In this document: in pieces, positions 52,268 through 64,000 of the stretch
How the letters are laid out: each line of letters begins with the position of its first letter
Position numbering within the stretch: the stretch's first letter is position 1
From: Octopus sinensis
Taxonomy: Eukaryota
NCBI RefSeq assembly: GCF_006345805.1
Contig: NC_042997.1
Coordinates: 124,620,001-124,684,000 of the forward strand
Direction: 5' to 3'
DNA: 64,000 bases
Program-made: the position numbers and the translations under genes
Notes under the pieces: generated by a model
What the model saw: only the letters and a program-made list of their open reading frames with translations
Told to the model about the DNA's origin: nothing
Databases searched by the model: none

Positions 52268-53467
52268 TATATATATGTGTATATATATATAATAAAAAGT
52301 GCAGTCGAAGTTGTATTCGTTGTGTATATTCTGCAGCAGAAATAAGATGATTATGAATATTTTTAATGTAGTTTGTTGATATCACGTCTAATGCAACATA
52401 AAGTTAGGTTCTAACCGACCCTTAGACACATTCAAGCGTAAAATTATATCTTTATATAACATTGAGTTATTTTCTTTCGTATGAAGTCAATTTATCAACA
52501 TTAATTTGACTATTTCTTTCAAATGATAAATTTTCCAATATTTGATAAATGTTCAGAACAAGAAATTGATTTGCGAAATTATTTGAAAGGCTATTTGTTT
52601 GTATGAAATATTTATAAAATATTGCGTGAAGATAATTTCCAACAAACACGGCTAAAATATATATCAAACCATTTAAGAACATTTTTTAATGATTTATTTT
52701 AGGACTACTAGTAACTTTTTTTTTGGTATTTGATTAAGTAGACTTTAGCTACAGAACATTACACGTCATTTAGGCACATTGTTATTTTGATGAGGTCTTA
52801 TAATACAGATCTTAATATTTCAAAACTTAAATAATACTTACATGATCGTAACGATTCATTTTGGAAAGCTAAAGCAAAAAGTTATAGTCTTAAGTTAACT
52901 AAGGTTTCAACCTCTAGTTAGTCATATAGTTATTTGATGAGGATCATTAAGTAAATATTGTTCATCTGTTCTGAACGAATGGCAAATTTTTAAGACAGCA
53001 TCAATGTGTAAATAAATCTGTTCCTACGCTGATGATCTTCTCTAACTAAGATTTTCTGTTACATGTGAACAAGAAACTAAATTAGAAACAAACTGCTATA
53101 ATTACATAATTGTTCCTTCCAAAGAAACATTCGAGTCTCTATATTAGGAAGGCGGTCAGTAGAACTGCCAAAGTAATTGGGAAGTATTATATAACATCAT
53201 AGATGGAAGTGGAAGATAAGTAAAAGAAACGAAAAGATCCATGATTATATAATCATGAAACAAATCACAGAAAATTATTTCGTCAATGTTATATATTTTG
53301 AAATAACTACTCATTGAACATGTGTACGTACGTATGTACACACACACAAACACGCACACACATACACACACACATGCACACATATTTTTTCCTGAGCATC
53401 AAAATAGTACACCTACTCGATGTTCCTTCACTTGTCTTCGTCTTTTGTTTTCTTTAAATTCGATTAT

Positions 53468-53504
<37 letters not shown>

Positions 53505-56395
53505 GTGGTGGTGTTGTGTGTGTGGTGTGTATGTATGTATGTATGTATGTATGTATGTATGTATGTATGTATGTATGTATGTATGTATGGCCAGTTACAT
53601 TTATTCTGGAATACGGCTCATAAGAAGTTTTAAAAAAGCATTTGGTCTTCTTATGAATACATTTTTTCAACGAACCAAAGGACAATAACCATGGCCTTTA
53701 CAGGCCTCCTGGACTGAGAGAACTGATGCTGTCGTTGTTTAGTTTGAGCTTCGTTTGATTGATGTTTCTAAGAGAAATTTAGGAGGTGATGAGAAATTAA
53801 AATAATGGTATTGCTAAGGAAAAAATATGTACTGGTTGCGAAATCTGAGATTTGGAACACGTACAATTGATGAAGCGGATAAAGATGAACGTCATATAGA
53901 TCGGGCAGGCAAGAATTTTTTGTTGTTTACAGAATATAATAGTATTGGTGGGGAAATAGAAGGATTAAATTTGTGTGTATGAGAAAGAGTGAGAGAGGTA
54001 GCGAAGGATAGCGAGGGAATAAAACAGGACCATAGAGATTAGAGAGAGGAAGTGAGTGTTTGTAGTATGTTGGTGAGGTAACCATTGTTAACTAGTCAAA
54101 TAGCTATAATTTGGATATGGTCTAGGGTGCATAGGATGAAGTCAACCATCTTTAATGAGGTCATAAATTTTTAATACTCGAATGTCCCTTGTGTTTCTGA
54201 TATCGTGTAATGGAACCAACTAAAAAGTTGGCCACATGTGATGCTACAGAGATTTGTTGCCGTTGCTAAGTAGCTCAGGGAACTCAGTTCAAGCAGAGCT
54301 ATGAGGCAGATGAAGATTATTGATCCTATAGCAGTTGATAATAGATCAAATGGATTAACCATGCGAACTAAATCTGGTTTTGAGGCACATAACCATTAAT
54401 CCACAGTATTTGACTGCCTTGTATGTCCTCATTGTACATCGTATTTCGCGTGTCATCCACACTGAATATTTTACATGCTACTTACTGTTCATATATCCCG
54501 AATCTTTAAAACTTTTAAATTTGGCTGATCACCAGAGCTTAAACAATAATGTTCATCTTAAATTCGCATCTTATGAATCTGTAGTTAGAGGAAGTTGTAC
54601 GATGATGAATAAACATTAAAATATTCTTTAGTAAATTACAGACATGTTCGTCATCGATCATGTCATTATAAATATCATGTGCGTGGTCACATGAAAGATT
54701 TCCACTCACTCTGTATTAATTACAATTATGTTCAATTCTTATAGCCTGGTCAGACTTCCTTTAGCTTTAAGCTATTTTTGTTATCTTTAGTCTTTAGAAT
54801 AAAGAGGTCGGGAGGCCTGTGACAATTACACACACATACTTACCTACATACATACACACACACACAAGCACACGCACATACACACACATATTGATGAAGA
54901 GGGGAAGGGGGCTTTAAGAAGTATTCAAACTGATGCCAGAAATGGCAAATATTTCAATTGAAGGTATTGAAAGAACTACAATCAATCTTTACGTACTTCG
55001 TTAGCCACGATTTTGACTGCTTATAATGGGCAGTCTTCTGATATATATAAAAAAAAAGGGGGAAAGAAAGGAAAAGGCGGGTTAGCGTTCAAACTGGAAA
55101 GAGAAAAGCAACAACAACAGCAGCAACAGTAACAACAACAGATCGAAGAGAAAAAATAATATTTAAAAAAAGAGAAATGAAAAATGCAAGAGGGTCAACA
55201 ACAACAATGACAACAACAACGAGAGCAACAAAACCAACCATCCCCACCATCATCACTGCACCACCGCCGCCATCAACAACGAAAACAATAACTACATCGA
55301 GAAGAGTAGCAACAGCAAGAAAAATGTAGAAAAAAATTTCTAGGAAAGAATATAGATATTCTAATAGGAAATGATTACACAAGCACACAATAGAGGCATC
55401 AGAATGCAACAGCGCAAATTGTCTGAAGGAATCAATTAGCTATTCTCAAACGTGGCTGAATTTCCAAAAGCCAGTTCCATATATAGATATTTGAAATGTA
55501 ATTGAAACCAATTCAAAGAGCAGACGATCTTTTAAGACATCACCAGTAATAATGGTATCTACTCACAACAAATATGATATGTTATATGCCGACAAACTAA
55601 TAGAAAAATGGCAATATATGTGTATGTATGTAGCTAGGCACGTGTATATATACTGTATGTATGTACGTATGTATGAATGTACATTTGTATATATGTATGT
55701 ACATTTGTATCTATGTATGGACGTTTGTATGTATGTAGTATATATGTCTGTCTGTTTATATGTATGTATATAAATGTGTATACGTATATTTAAATATGTA
55801 TGTATGTGTGTATGTGTGTTGTGTATGCCTATATCTTTCTGTCTGCATATGTGTGTATCTGCAAATTTATACTTCTGTCGATATATGTACATACCATACA
55901 ACATAAATATAGATATGTAAATATTGAATATCTAGTTATTTAGAATAATATAGGCATTTGTGGATTCTATACCGTTCCTCCCCACCTCTGTGTGTATGTG
56001 TGTATATATGGGTCTGTGTATATACCTGGATGTGGATATGCAAGTGTGTGGATATATATATATATATATATGTATGTATGTGTGTATGTATGTATGTATG
56101 TATGTATGTATGTATGTTTGTATGTATGTATGTATGTATGTATGTATATGTATATCCACGCACACAAATATATCCACGTACACATATATACACATATACA
56201 AATTCATATATCCAGACCCACACATGTATATATAGGCAGTCTTGCACACCCAATCATATATATATGCTTATAGATATGCATATAATTTTATAATGACTCT
56301 CAGACATCTAAATGTGCTAATATGATTATATATGTGTGTTTCGATGTTAGTACATGAATCTATACACATACATACATACATACACACATACATAC

Positions 56396-56426
<31 letters not shown>

Positions 56427-57020
56427 CATACATACATACAAACATACATACATACGTACGTACGTAGGTACGTACGTACACACATACATACAATCACATA
56501 TGTATGTGTGTTCGTTTTTGTATATGTGTATTTCCTATATTCTTTAACAAGTACTTGAAAGAATTATTAGTAGATGTTATATGGTTTAATACTTCTTATT
56601 TTGTCATTTGATGTACTTCTGTAGAAAGCTTTTAGTCTTTGCCATTAGGTAGCTGTATATAACTAACTTTGAAAGTAAAATTGCCGTTATTACAGCAAGA
56701 ATTTATATAATTTTATAGTTATTATTTTATTTTTGACTTTAGCACTTTCTTACATCCATACCTTCTTCGATTACAGAATTTGCCCTCGGTTCTGTAAAGC
56801 AGAATAACTAGAATTCTTTTCAATTCTGTATTGGATTGTCAAACTATATTTCAGTTTTCACTTAGTTGTATGAGCTGTGCTTGTCTGTATACACAAAAGT
56901 CGTTTCAAACTAATCCTTTGTTGTGTTGATTCTCTGAGATTCCTGTTTTTTGGTGAGTTTATTCAGGAGACTACGAAACAAAATTTTAGGTGAATTAAAC
57001 GGCAGAAACAAAGGATAACG

Positions 57021-57180
57021 AGCGAAGTGGTAAGTAGCCTGCTTACGAACTACATGGTTCCGGGTTCAGTCCCACTGCGTGGCACTTTGGGCAGGTGGCT
57101 TCTACTATAGCCTCGGGTCGACGAAAGCCTTGTGTGTGGATTTGGTACGCGGAAACGAAAAGAAGCCCGTCGTATACATG

Positions 57181-57246
<66 letters not shown>

Positions 57247-57465
57247 ATATGTTTTGTTGTGTATGTGTTTGTGCCCCCAACATCGTTTGACAGCCGATGC
57301 TGGTGTGTTTACGTCCCCGTAACCTAGCGGTTCTGCAAAAGAGACCGATAGAATAAGTACTAGTATTACAAAGAATAAGTCCTGAGGTCGGTTTGCTCGA
57401 CTAAAGGCGGTGCTCCAGCATGGCCACAGTCAAATCACTGAAAGAAGTACAAGAGTAAACGAGTA
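57021..57465 (+). mobile_element. SINE family 1, near full length
   Basis: gtggtaagtagc, ggttcagtccc, internal (TA)n, and tail gcatggccacagtcaaatcactgaaag. Confidence 0.92.
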
Positions 57466-57513
57466 ATAAAATGAATACACAGCATATAGATTGAGGACTG
57501 ATTCCCCCCTTTC

Positions 57514-58085
57514 TACATGTAATGTGTGTGAATGTGAGTGTGTGTATATATACGCACTCATATATATGCACCATACATTATACAAACACAAATAGATGCA
57601 AAATTATACAGGCCCATACTCTAATTTATTAATTAGTTCTCTATTTTCATATCTTATTATAATAAATAAATATATATAAAGCACGGTTTATATAGTTACC
57701 TTGCAGATGAGTATTAACTCTTTTGTTCAACATTCCTTGTATAGGTAACTAATCAGTACTTTCATAGGGTTTTGCTGTCCACGTATGAGGTTTGTAACCT
57801 TTATTTGTATATATTGTATATATATATATACAAATAAAGGTTACAAACCTCATACGTGGATAGCAAAACCCTATGAAAGTACTGATTAGTTACCTATACA
57901 AGGAATGTTGAACAAAACAGTTTATATATATTTATTTATTATAATAGATATGAAAATAGAGAACTAATTAATAAATTAGAGTATGGGCCTGTATATTTTT
58001 GCATCTATTTGTGTTTGTATAATGTATGGTGCATATATATGAGTGCGTATATATACACACACTCACATACACACCATTACATGTA
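57514..58085. repeat. Palindromic duplication of about 570 bp centred on a (TA)n tract
   Basis: 57514-57813 is the reverse complement of 57825-58085, with a few substitutions and a 40-nt versus 3-nt difference (57681-57720). Confidence 0.95.
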
Positions 58086-58093
58086 TGTATTGA

Positions 58094-58164
<71 letters not shown>

Positions 58165-58732
58165 CATATATCAATACATACATATATATGTATCCATGCA
58201 ATATATATTTTAATTTATTCTTTTAGTAATATCACATATATCTCCAGACACTGTTCCCGAATATTTCTGTTCGACTTTTGTGTGTGTAATTCTGTATATG
58301 TCCCTTCTCTTCTTTTCTGGATGTATTTATCTATGAAAACTGTACATTTTCCGTATATTATATTCGTTTTCGAGAAACAATATTTCCTGACAGGTATGTT
58401 AGATCCTTTCAGGTTTCGTGATAAATTTTGAACCAGAAGTTGAAAACAAACGCAATTTCGATAAAGCTTTAAGTTGACTCTTGGTTCACAGTTTCGGCTT
58501 AGTAACTAACTTCCGCTCTTAATCCTAATCCAAATTCCTCGCAATACAAAGAAGGTTTAAGGTCTTTATGGCTAAATGCATCCAGACTAGAAGAGAAAGA
58601 AAGGATAGAGAATCATACAAATGTAAGAGATCCAATATATTCCTTCACAGAGGCCAGTGTCCTGAGCTAAACGTTATATTTGAGTGCGTATGAGAAGTGA
58701 GTGTGTAATTATGTGTGTCAACATCCACCCTG

Positions 58733-58770
<38 letters not shown>

Positions 58771-58881
58771 ATATATATATTATAGGTGTGTTGTGTGTGT
58801 GTGTGTGTGTGTGTGGTGTGTTGTATATATATATAATATATAAATATATATGTATACATATACATATATACATAACATATG

Positions 58882-58929
<48 letters not shown>

Positions 58930-59000
58930 ATATATATATATATATATCGATATATATATTATATATATATATATATATTATATATTATATATATATATAG

Positions 59001-59087
<87 letters not shown>

Positions 59088-59089
<2 letters not shown>

Positions 59090-60803
59090 CTAGTTTCAGC
59101 TCAGAGCTGCGGCCATGCCGCTGTTTTGTGCTACACTGTTATTACGACGAACCTCTTCTAATATGTGGCACTTGGTGAAGAATGGAGTTTGATATAGCTA
59201 CTCTCATTTGCACCTCTTGCCGTGAGGTAGGTTCATCTGGGACTCTTGTCAGGAAGATGTCCAGCTTTGATTTAAAAACCGCTACATCTACTTTGTGCAA
59301 GTTCCTCAGACTCTTTGGGAGAATATTAAAAAGCGGTGGGCCCTTGAAACCCAGGCTGTTGCAGAAGCTGGTCCTGAAGCGTGATGGCATTGCTGGGATC
59401 TTTGGCACTATGCAGTGTCGTCCCGTTCTAGCATTGGTGTAGCTTACAATGCCAAAATTTGGCACAATTCCTTCAAGGATCTTCCAGACATATATTACTG
59501 CATACCTCTCTCGTCTTCTCTCCCGGGAGTAGAGTCTTAGCTGTTTCAACCTTTCCCAGTAGCTGAGCTGTTGCAAAGAGACGATCTTCTTTGTGAATCT
59601 TCTCTGGATTGCTTCAAGGACCGCTGTTAATTTTACACTGGTGGGTGACCATAGCTGTGAGCAGTAATCCAGGCGGCTGAAGACGAGTGTTCGCCAGAGG
59701 ACCATCATGGTTTCCTTATCTCTGGTTCTGAATGTTCTTAGGATCCACCCAGCCAGTCGTCTGCACTTTGTCGCCATCCTGGTAATATGCACTTGGAAAG
59801 AGGTATCATCACTCATGTCGATACCCAGGTGTATCGACATAATACACCCAGACTTAGGCTCTGGATTTGAAATTCCCTGTGGACCGGTGTATCCTGTAAG
59901 TTTAATATTCAGTTTAGGATGCTGGTAGCGCAGGGCCTGGAATTTTCAGCATTAAACTGCATATTATTATCCTCAGCCCATCTATAGATTGATTCCAACT
60001 TCTGCTGCAGGTGTGCAACATCGCTGGGGTTCTGTATTTTCTGCGAGACTTTCGTATCGTCTGCATAGCTGGCCAGAGTGGCTGTCCGGGCATTTGAAGG
60101 CATATCTGAGAGGGCCACTATAAAAAGCAGTGGTCCCAAGACAGTGCCCTGTGGAACACCGTTCACTATTTGTGTGTTCATAGAGGTGGCTCCATTAACC
60201 ACTACTGCCTGACTCCTATCTTTCAGGAAGTCATGCAACCACACTCCAAGTTTTCCAGCTATACCGAGGTCACGCAGTTTGTGGCATATCATACCATGAT
60301 CCACATTGTCAAAAGCTTTTGCAAAATCAAGGTAGATTACGTCCACATTTGATTTGTTGAGTAACTGCCTCAACACCCAGTCATAATGCTGTAAGAGCTG
60401 TGTCAGGCAGCTCCTACCTGGTCGAAAACCATGCTGGGTATCACTCAGCAAGTTATTTTCCTCAAGGAATGCTATTAGTTGCTTTCTGACTATCCTTTCC
60501 ATGACTTTGCTGATGTGTGAAGTCAGAAAGATAGGCCTATAGCTTTTGGCATCTGCTCTACTTCCCCCTTTATGTATTGGGCATATTATTCCCTCCTTCA
60601 GCTTGCTTGGCAGTTTACCATTCGCAAGAAAACTCTGGAAGAGAATCTTGAGGGGTTTTGCCAGGGCATGCTTACACGCTTTGAGGAGGATGGCTGGGAA
60701 ACCATCTGGACCAACAGCTGAGTTTGTGTCCACTTCATCTATGGCTAGTAGGACATCTTTTTCGCTAATGTCAATACATTCTATTGTAACCGCCTCGCTG
60801 TTA
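59088..60803 (-). mobile_element. 5'-truncated CR1-group LINE: RT domain, C-terminal domain and short 3' UTR; one frameshift
   Basis: ORF 59909..60733 has GPDG, QHGFRPGRSCLTQL, YLDFAKAFD, GVPQGTVLGPLLF and YADDTK. A 1-nt loss in an A-run near 59943-59946 shifts to the frame of 59142..59840 (LDYCSQLWSP, IQRRFTK, YWERLKQLRLYS.ERRRERY). No endonuclease domain; TA tracts on both flanks. Confidence 0.95.
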
Positions 60804-60804
60804 C

Positions 60805-61041
60805 ATATATAAAATTAGAAAAAACACCTTTTATCAATTCAAAATGAACAATTAAATTACACCATCTAGAAAATTACATATAATAGAAAAATTAAAATTA
60901 AAGTAACAATAAAATGTCAAAGATTAAGTAAATTGCAAAAAATAATAATAAAAACCTATATAATAGGTAATTTTCTAGATGGTGTAATTTAATTGCTCCT
61001 TTTGAATTGATAAAAGGTATTTTGTTTCTAATTTTATATAT
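60805..61041. repeat. Inverted repeat with about 76-bp arms and about 80-bp spacer
   Basis: atatataaaattagaaaaaacaccttttatcaattcaaaatgaacaattaaattacaccatctagaaaattac pairs with gtaattttctagatggtgtaatttaattgctccttttgaattgataaaaggtattttgtttctaattttatatat. Confidence 0.9.
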
Positions 61042-61126
61042 ATTATATTGTGTGAAATTTGATTTAGTATTTCTAAATTGAATTTTTTTCCTTGTAATTT
61101 TGGATTTTATTCCATCAAATAATAAT

Positions 61127-61188
<62 letters not shown>

Positions 61189-63678
61189 ATAATATATATA
61201 TAATATATATTATATACATATATATGCACATACACTTATTCACACAAAGACATGCTGTTATAAATAATAGAATTTGATCAAGCAATCGACCGTGTATCTC
61301 ACTGTCTCAATTGCCGCTAGTAACAATTTCTCTTCTTTTATTGTACGAATTCCTTTCATAATTAATAGCAATGTCTTCAGCTGGAAACACCTTTGCTATC
61401 ACGCTTTGCCAGAAATAAAATCGAAGCAGGAGGCTTACACTTCTGGAAGCTATGCCAAAGTCTTAGCAAGCAATATCTTGGAATGGATATGTAATTAAAG
61501 AAAAAGCCATCTGACCGGAAGTACTGCTTTGGAAAATCACAGATTTCATTACCAAAAAGAAGAAAATAGAGAAACAAATGTAGGAACATGAACTCAGAGA
61601 TTGTGTACTTGGTAGAACCATTACTGCTCTTAATCTTATTCAGTTTCTGGATCGCACTGTGGTGCTATGATATATCTGTGCAAATACCGAAGAACGTATG
61701 TCTGTGAAGGCTTATATTAACATATATTCATTTATACGTGGCTCTTTCATGAAATAAATAAATTCCTTATACCAAAATGTATGTCAACTCACATGTACAC
61801 ACACAAACACATACACAAGCACAAATACGCACGCAAACACTGTCACCTACACATACATACAAATATGAATCTGCGTCTTAATCACCAAATTTTAAAAGTG
61901 ATCCTCATAAACCATATATTTTATCATTCAACATCTTTATTTTGATACATTTTTCCAAAAGAATCTTCAGATTTCGATACTTTAAACATGAAAGAATCTG
62001 ATTGCGCAGAAAAAGTCTGTAATAAAACAACAAATGAAAAAAAAACCCTCCAGTTCTTCTCCCTTTTACAACTAACGTATATAACTCTTGAACGCTCCAT
62101 AAACCGATGAAATCACGTATGTATTGACAGTAAAAGAGAGAAGGGTACTTCGACCTCCTGGAATCAGAAACCAAATCTGCCTAAAACCACATAATACTGC
62201 CTTATGCATTTCTTGTTATATAAATCAAGTAGGAAGCTACAACATTTGTAATTTGACATCCAAAAATTAGCAGACAACTTTCCCTCAGCCTTTCCATGGC
62301 ACGAATATTTAGTGTCGAAATGGACAGGGATCCTCTTTCATAATGCACTATTCAAATTAAGCCAACCATTTAACCTCTACGCGAATGCTCAACCTGATTG
62401 GAATATCAATCAAATCTCACTAAATTTACACCTTATTATCTCAGAATAATGAAACTTCATTTCCATAACGTGGCTCTGCATATACAAAAAACACTGATTA
62501 CAAAGCAGGAAGATGTTTTCATCATATGATGCCCGATGAGCCATGGTCTAGGGCTAAGTAACTGTCATAAGTACAAAACCAAAATCATATCTATATAAAT
62601 ATATAAATAATTGAATATACAACGGATTATAGCATTGCTGGAAATGTCATACCGTCTTGTAATGGTTGATTGATGCGTTTGATATTGTCCATTTAAAATT
62701 CCTTTGACACAATATTTTAGTTGAAGAATAAAATCTGTTTTATAGTAGAGAATTGAAAGAATGAATCGTAGGATTTAACAGACGTCATTGCCAGAAGTAT
62801 GGTGTCACATAAGTAATTACAAAGACACTATATACAGACAAGTATGCGCACGCCCCCACCCACACACATATATATTTTTATGTTTAATTAGATGATCTAC
62901 TACTATAAGCAATATGTGTCCGTGTGTTTAGTAAATACATATACCATACATACACACACACATATATATATATATATTGTTCTTGCGTGTGAATGCGTGC
63001 GTGTGGGGGTGGTTTCTCCCGTGTCCGCCGCTATTTTCTATGTCGTGCTGATTAAAGAATACTTGTAAATGTTGTTACAAACATCCAATAATGGAAGGCT
63101 GCGACAGAAAATCGAACACCTGTCAACAATAAGACAAGATGAACACATTCAGATAACAGATAAGCAGTTCAATAAATCAAGCGTAGAAAGGAGCCTGTAC
63201 GCAGTCACGCCAGCGAGCGGCTAGAAATAGCAGCAATCTCCACCACCCCATCCTTCCTTATTTACTCTAATGTCTTATAAAATGAAAAAGCACATTAGAT
63301 AAAGCAGTTCTAGATGTAGTATTTATGAGGAATCTCATTCTCAAAGCTGGAACATGGTACGGATCATAGCTGAGCACGAACGAATTCGATATAACAAGAG
63401 GATCAAAACAAGAGTTCAATATCTTTACTCAAATTTACATATGTGTATGAACGTGCGCTTGAGTGCCGCTGTTTTTGTGCATATGCACACACACACACAC
63501 ACACGCACATACACACATTTACATACATGCGTGCGCACATACGCACACACATATATAATGCAGTTTTTTTCAATTGCATGAACTAAAAGTCGGAGGGGGA
63601 CGGGATAAACTACCTGCATGAACTTGCTATAAAAGCAGGTAGTAATTTTACGATGTCCTCATTCTTAGTGCAACTTTT

Positions 63679-63744
63679 GAAGAGAAGGAGCATATTCAGC
63701 ATATTTTGCTTTATGAGTTCAATAAAAGCAACAACACAACGGAA
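63679..63744 (+). pseudogene. Mariner transposase N-terminal relic
   Basis: EEKEHIQHILLYEFNKSNNTTE matches the mariner start motif (KEHIRHILLYEFxKGxNATE). Confidence 0.7.
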
Positions 63745-63865
63745 TATTTTCTTGAGAACACATTCTTCGTGGAAAATGGCGATTTGACGTCTATATCTAG
63801 CATATAGGCTGTCCACTTTTAGTGGTCAGTCCTCTAAATTTTGTATATATATATATATATATATA

Positions 63866-64000
63866 CATGGTTAGCCAAAAGTCACCCGACATAAATACTA
63901 CTTGTAATTCTGCATTGAATCGAATGGAAAAAAATGTCGCCCAAGAAGGACTTCAATTTGAACAATCGTCATGATGTTTCATATTTAGATGTTTTCCTTA
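63866..64000 (+). mobile_element. Probable internally deleted Tc1/mariner element (left end; runs off the window)
   Basis: Begins after TA with TIR-like catggttagccaaaagtcacccgaca, followed by RMEKNVAQEGLQFEQSS*, which resembles a Tc1/mariner C-terminus (RLxxCIxxxGxxFExLL*). Confidence 0.45.

Noticed and set aside
54171-54362. Hydrophobic 63-aa ORF faintly like GPCR TM2-TM3
   Set aside because: Lacks the conserved motifs (LAxAD, DRY) and is bounded by stops without splice sites.

Overview
AT-rich eukaryotic DNA, probably intronic or intergenic, dominated by microsatellites and transposon relics. The repeat families look like those of octopus (inference from recalled repeats; not checked by search). 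There is one 100-N assembly gap. I found no host protein-coding gene that I can support; nearly all ORFs in the track are translated microsatellites or SINEs. Supported content: a young 5'-truncated CR1-group LINE with an RT domain and one frameshift (59088-60803, minus); an older CR1-group 3' fragment; Penelope-like element (PLE) fragments; about 17 tRNA-derived SINE copies from three families; Tc1/mariner transposase relics; a non-autonomous Helitron; three fold-back MITEs; and several inverted duplications. The main finding is a minimal type-I hammerhead ribozyme motif with a long GNRA-capped helix II. It occurs twice, in opposite orientations, in an inverted-plus-direct repeat structure (11871-12702) next to a Penelope RT fragment. 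The two copies carry complementary lesions, so a complete ancestral fold can be rebuilt from them. Further observations: the main SINE family shares a 3' stem-loop with the CR1 LINE, SINE tails are swapped at a fixed junction, and fold-back duplications recur at (TA)n tracts.
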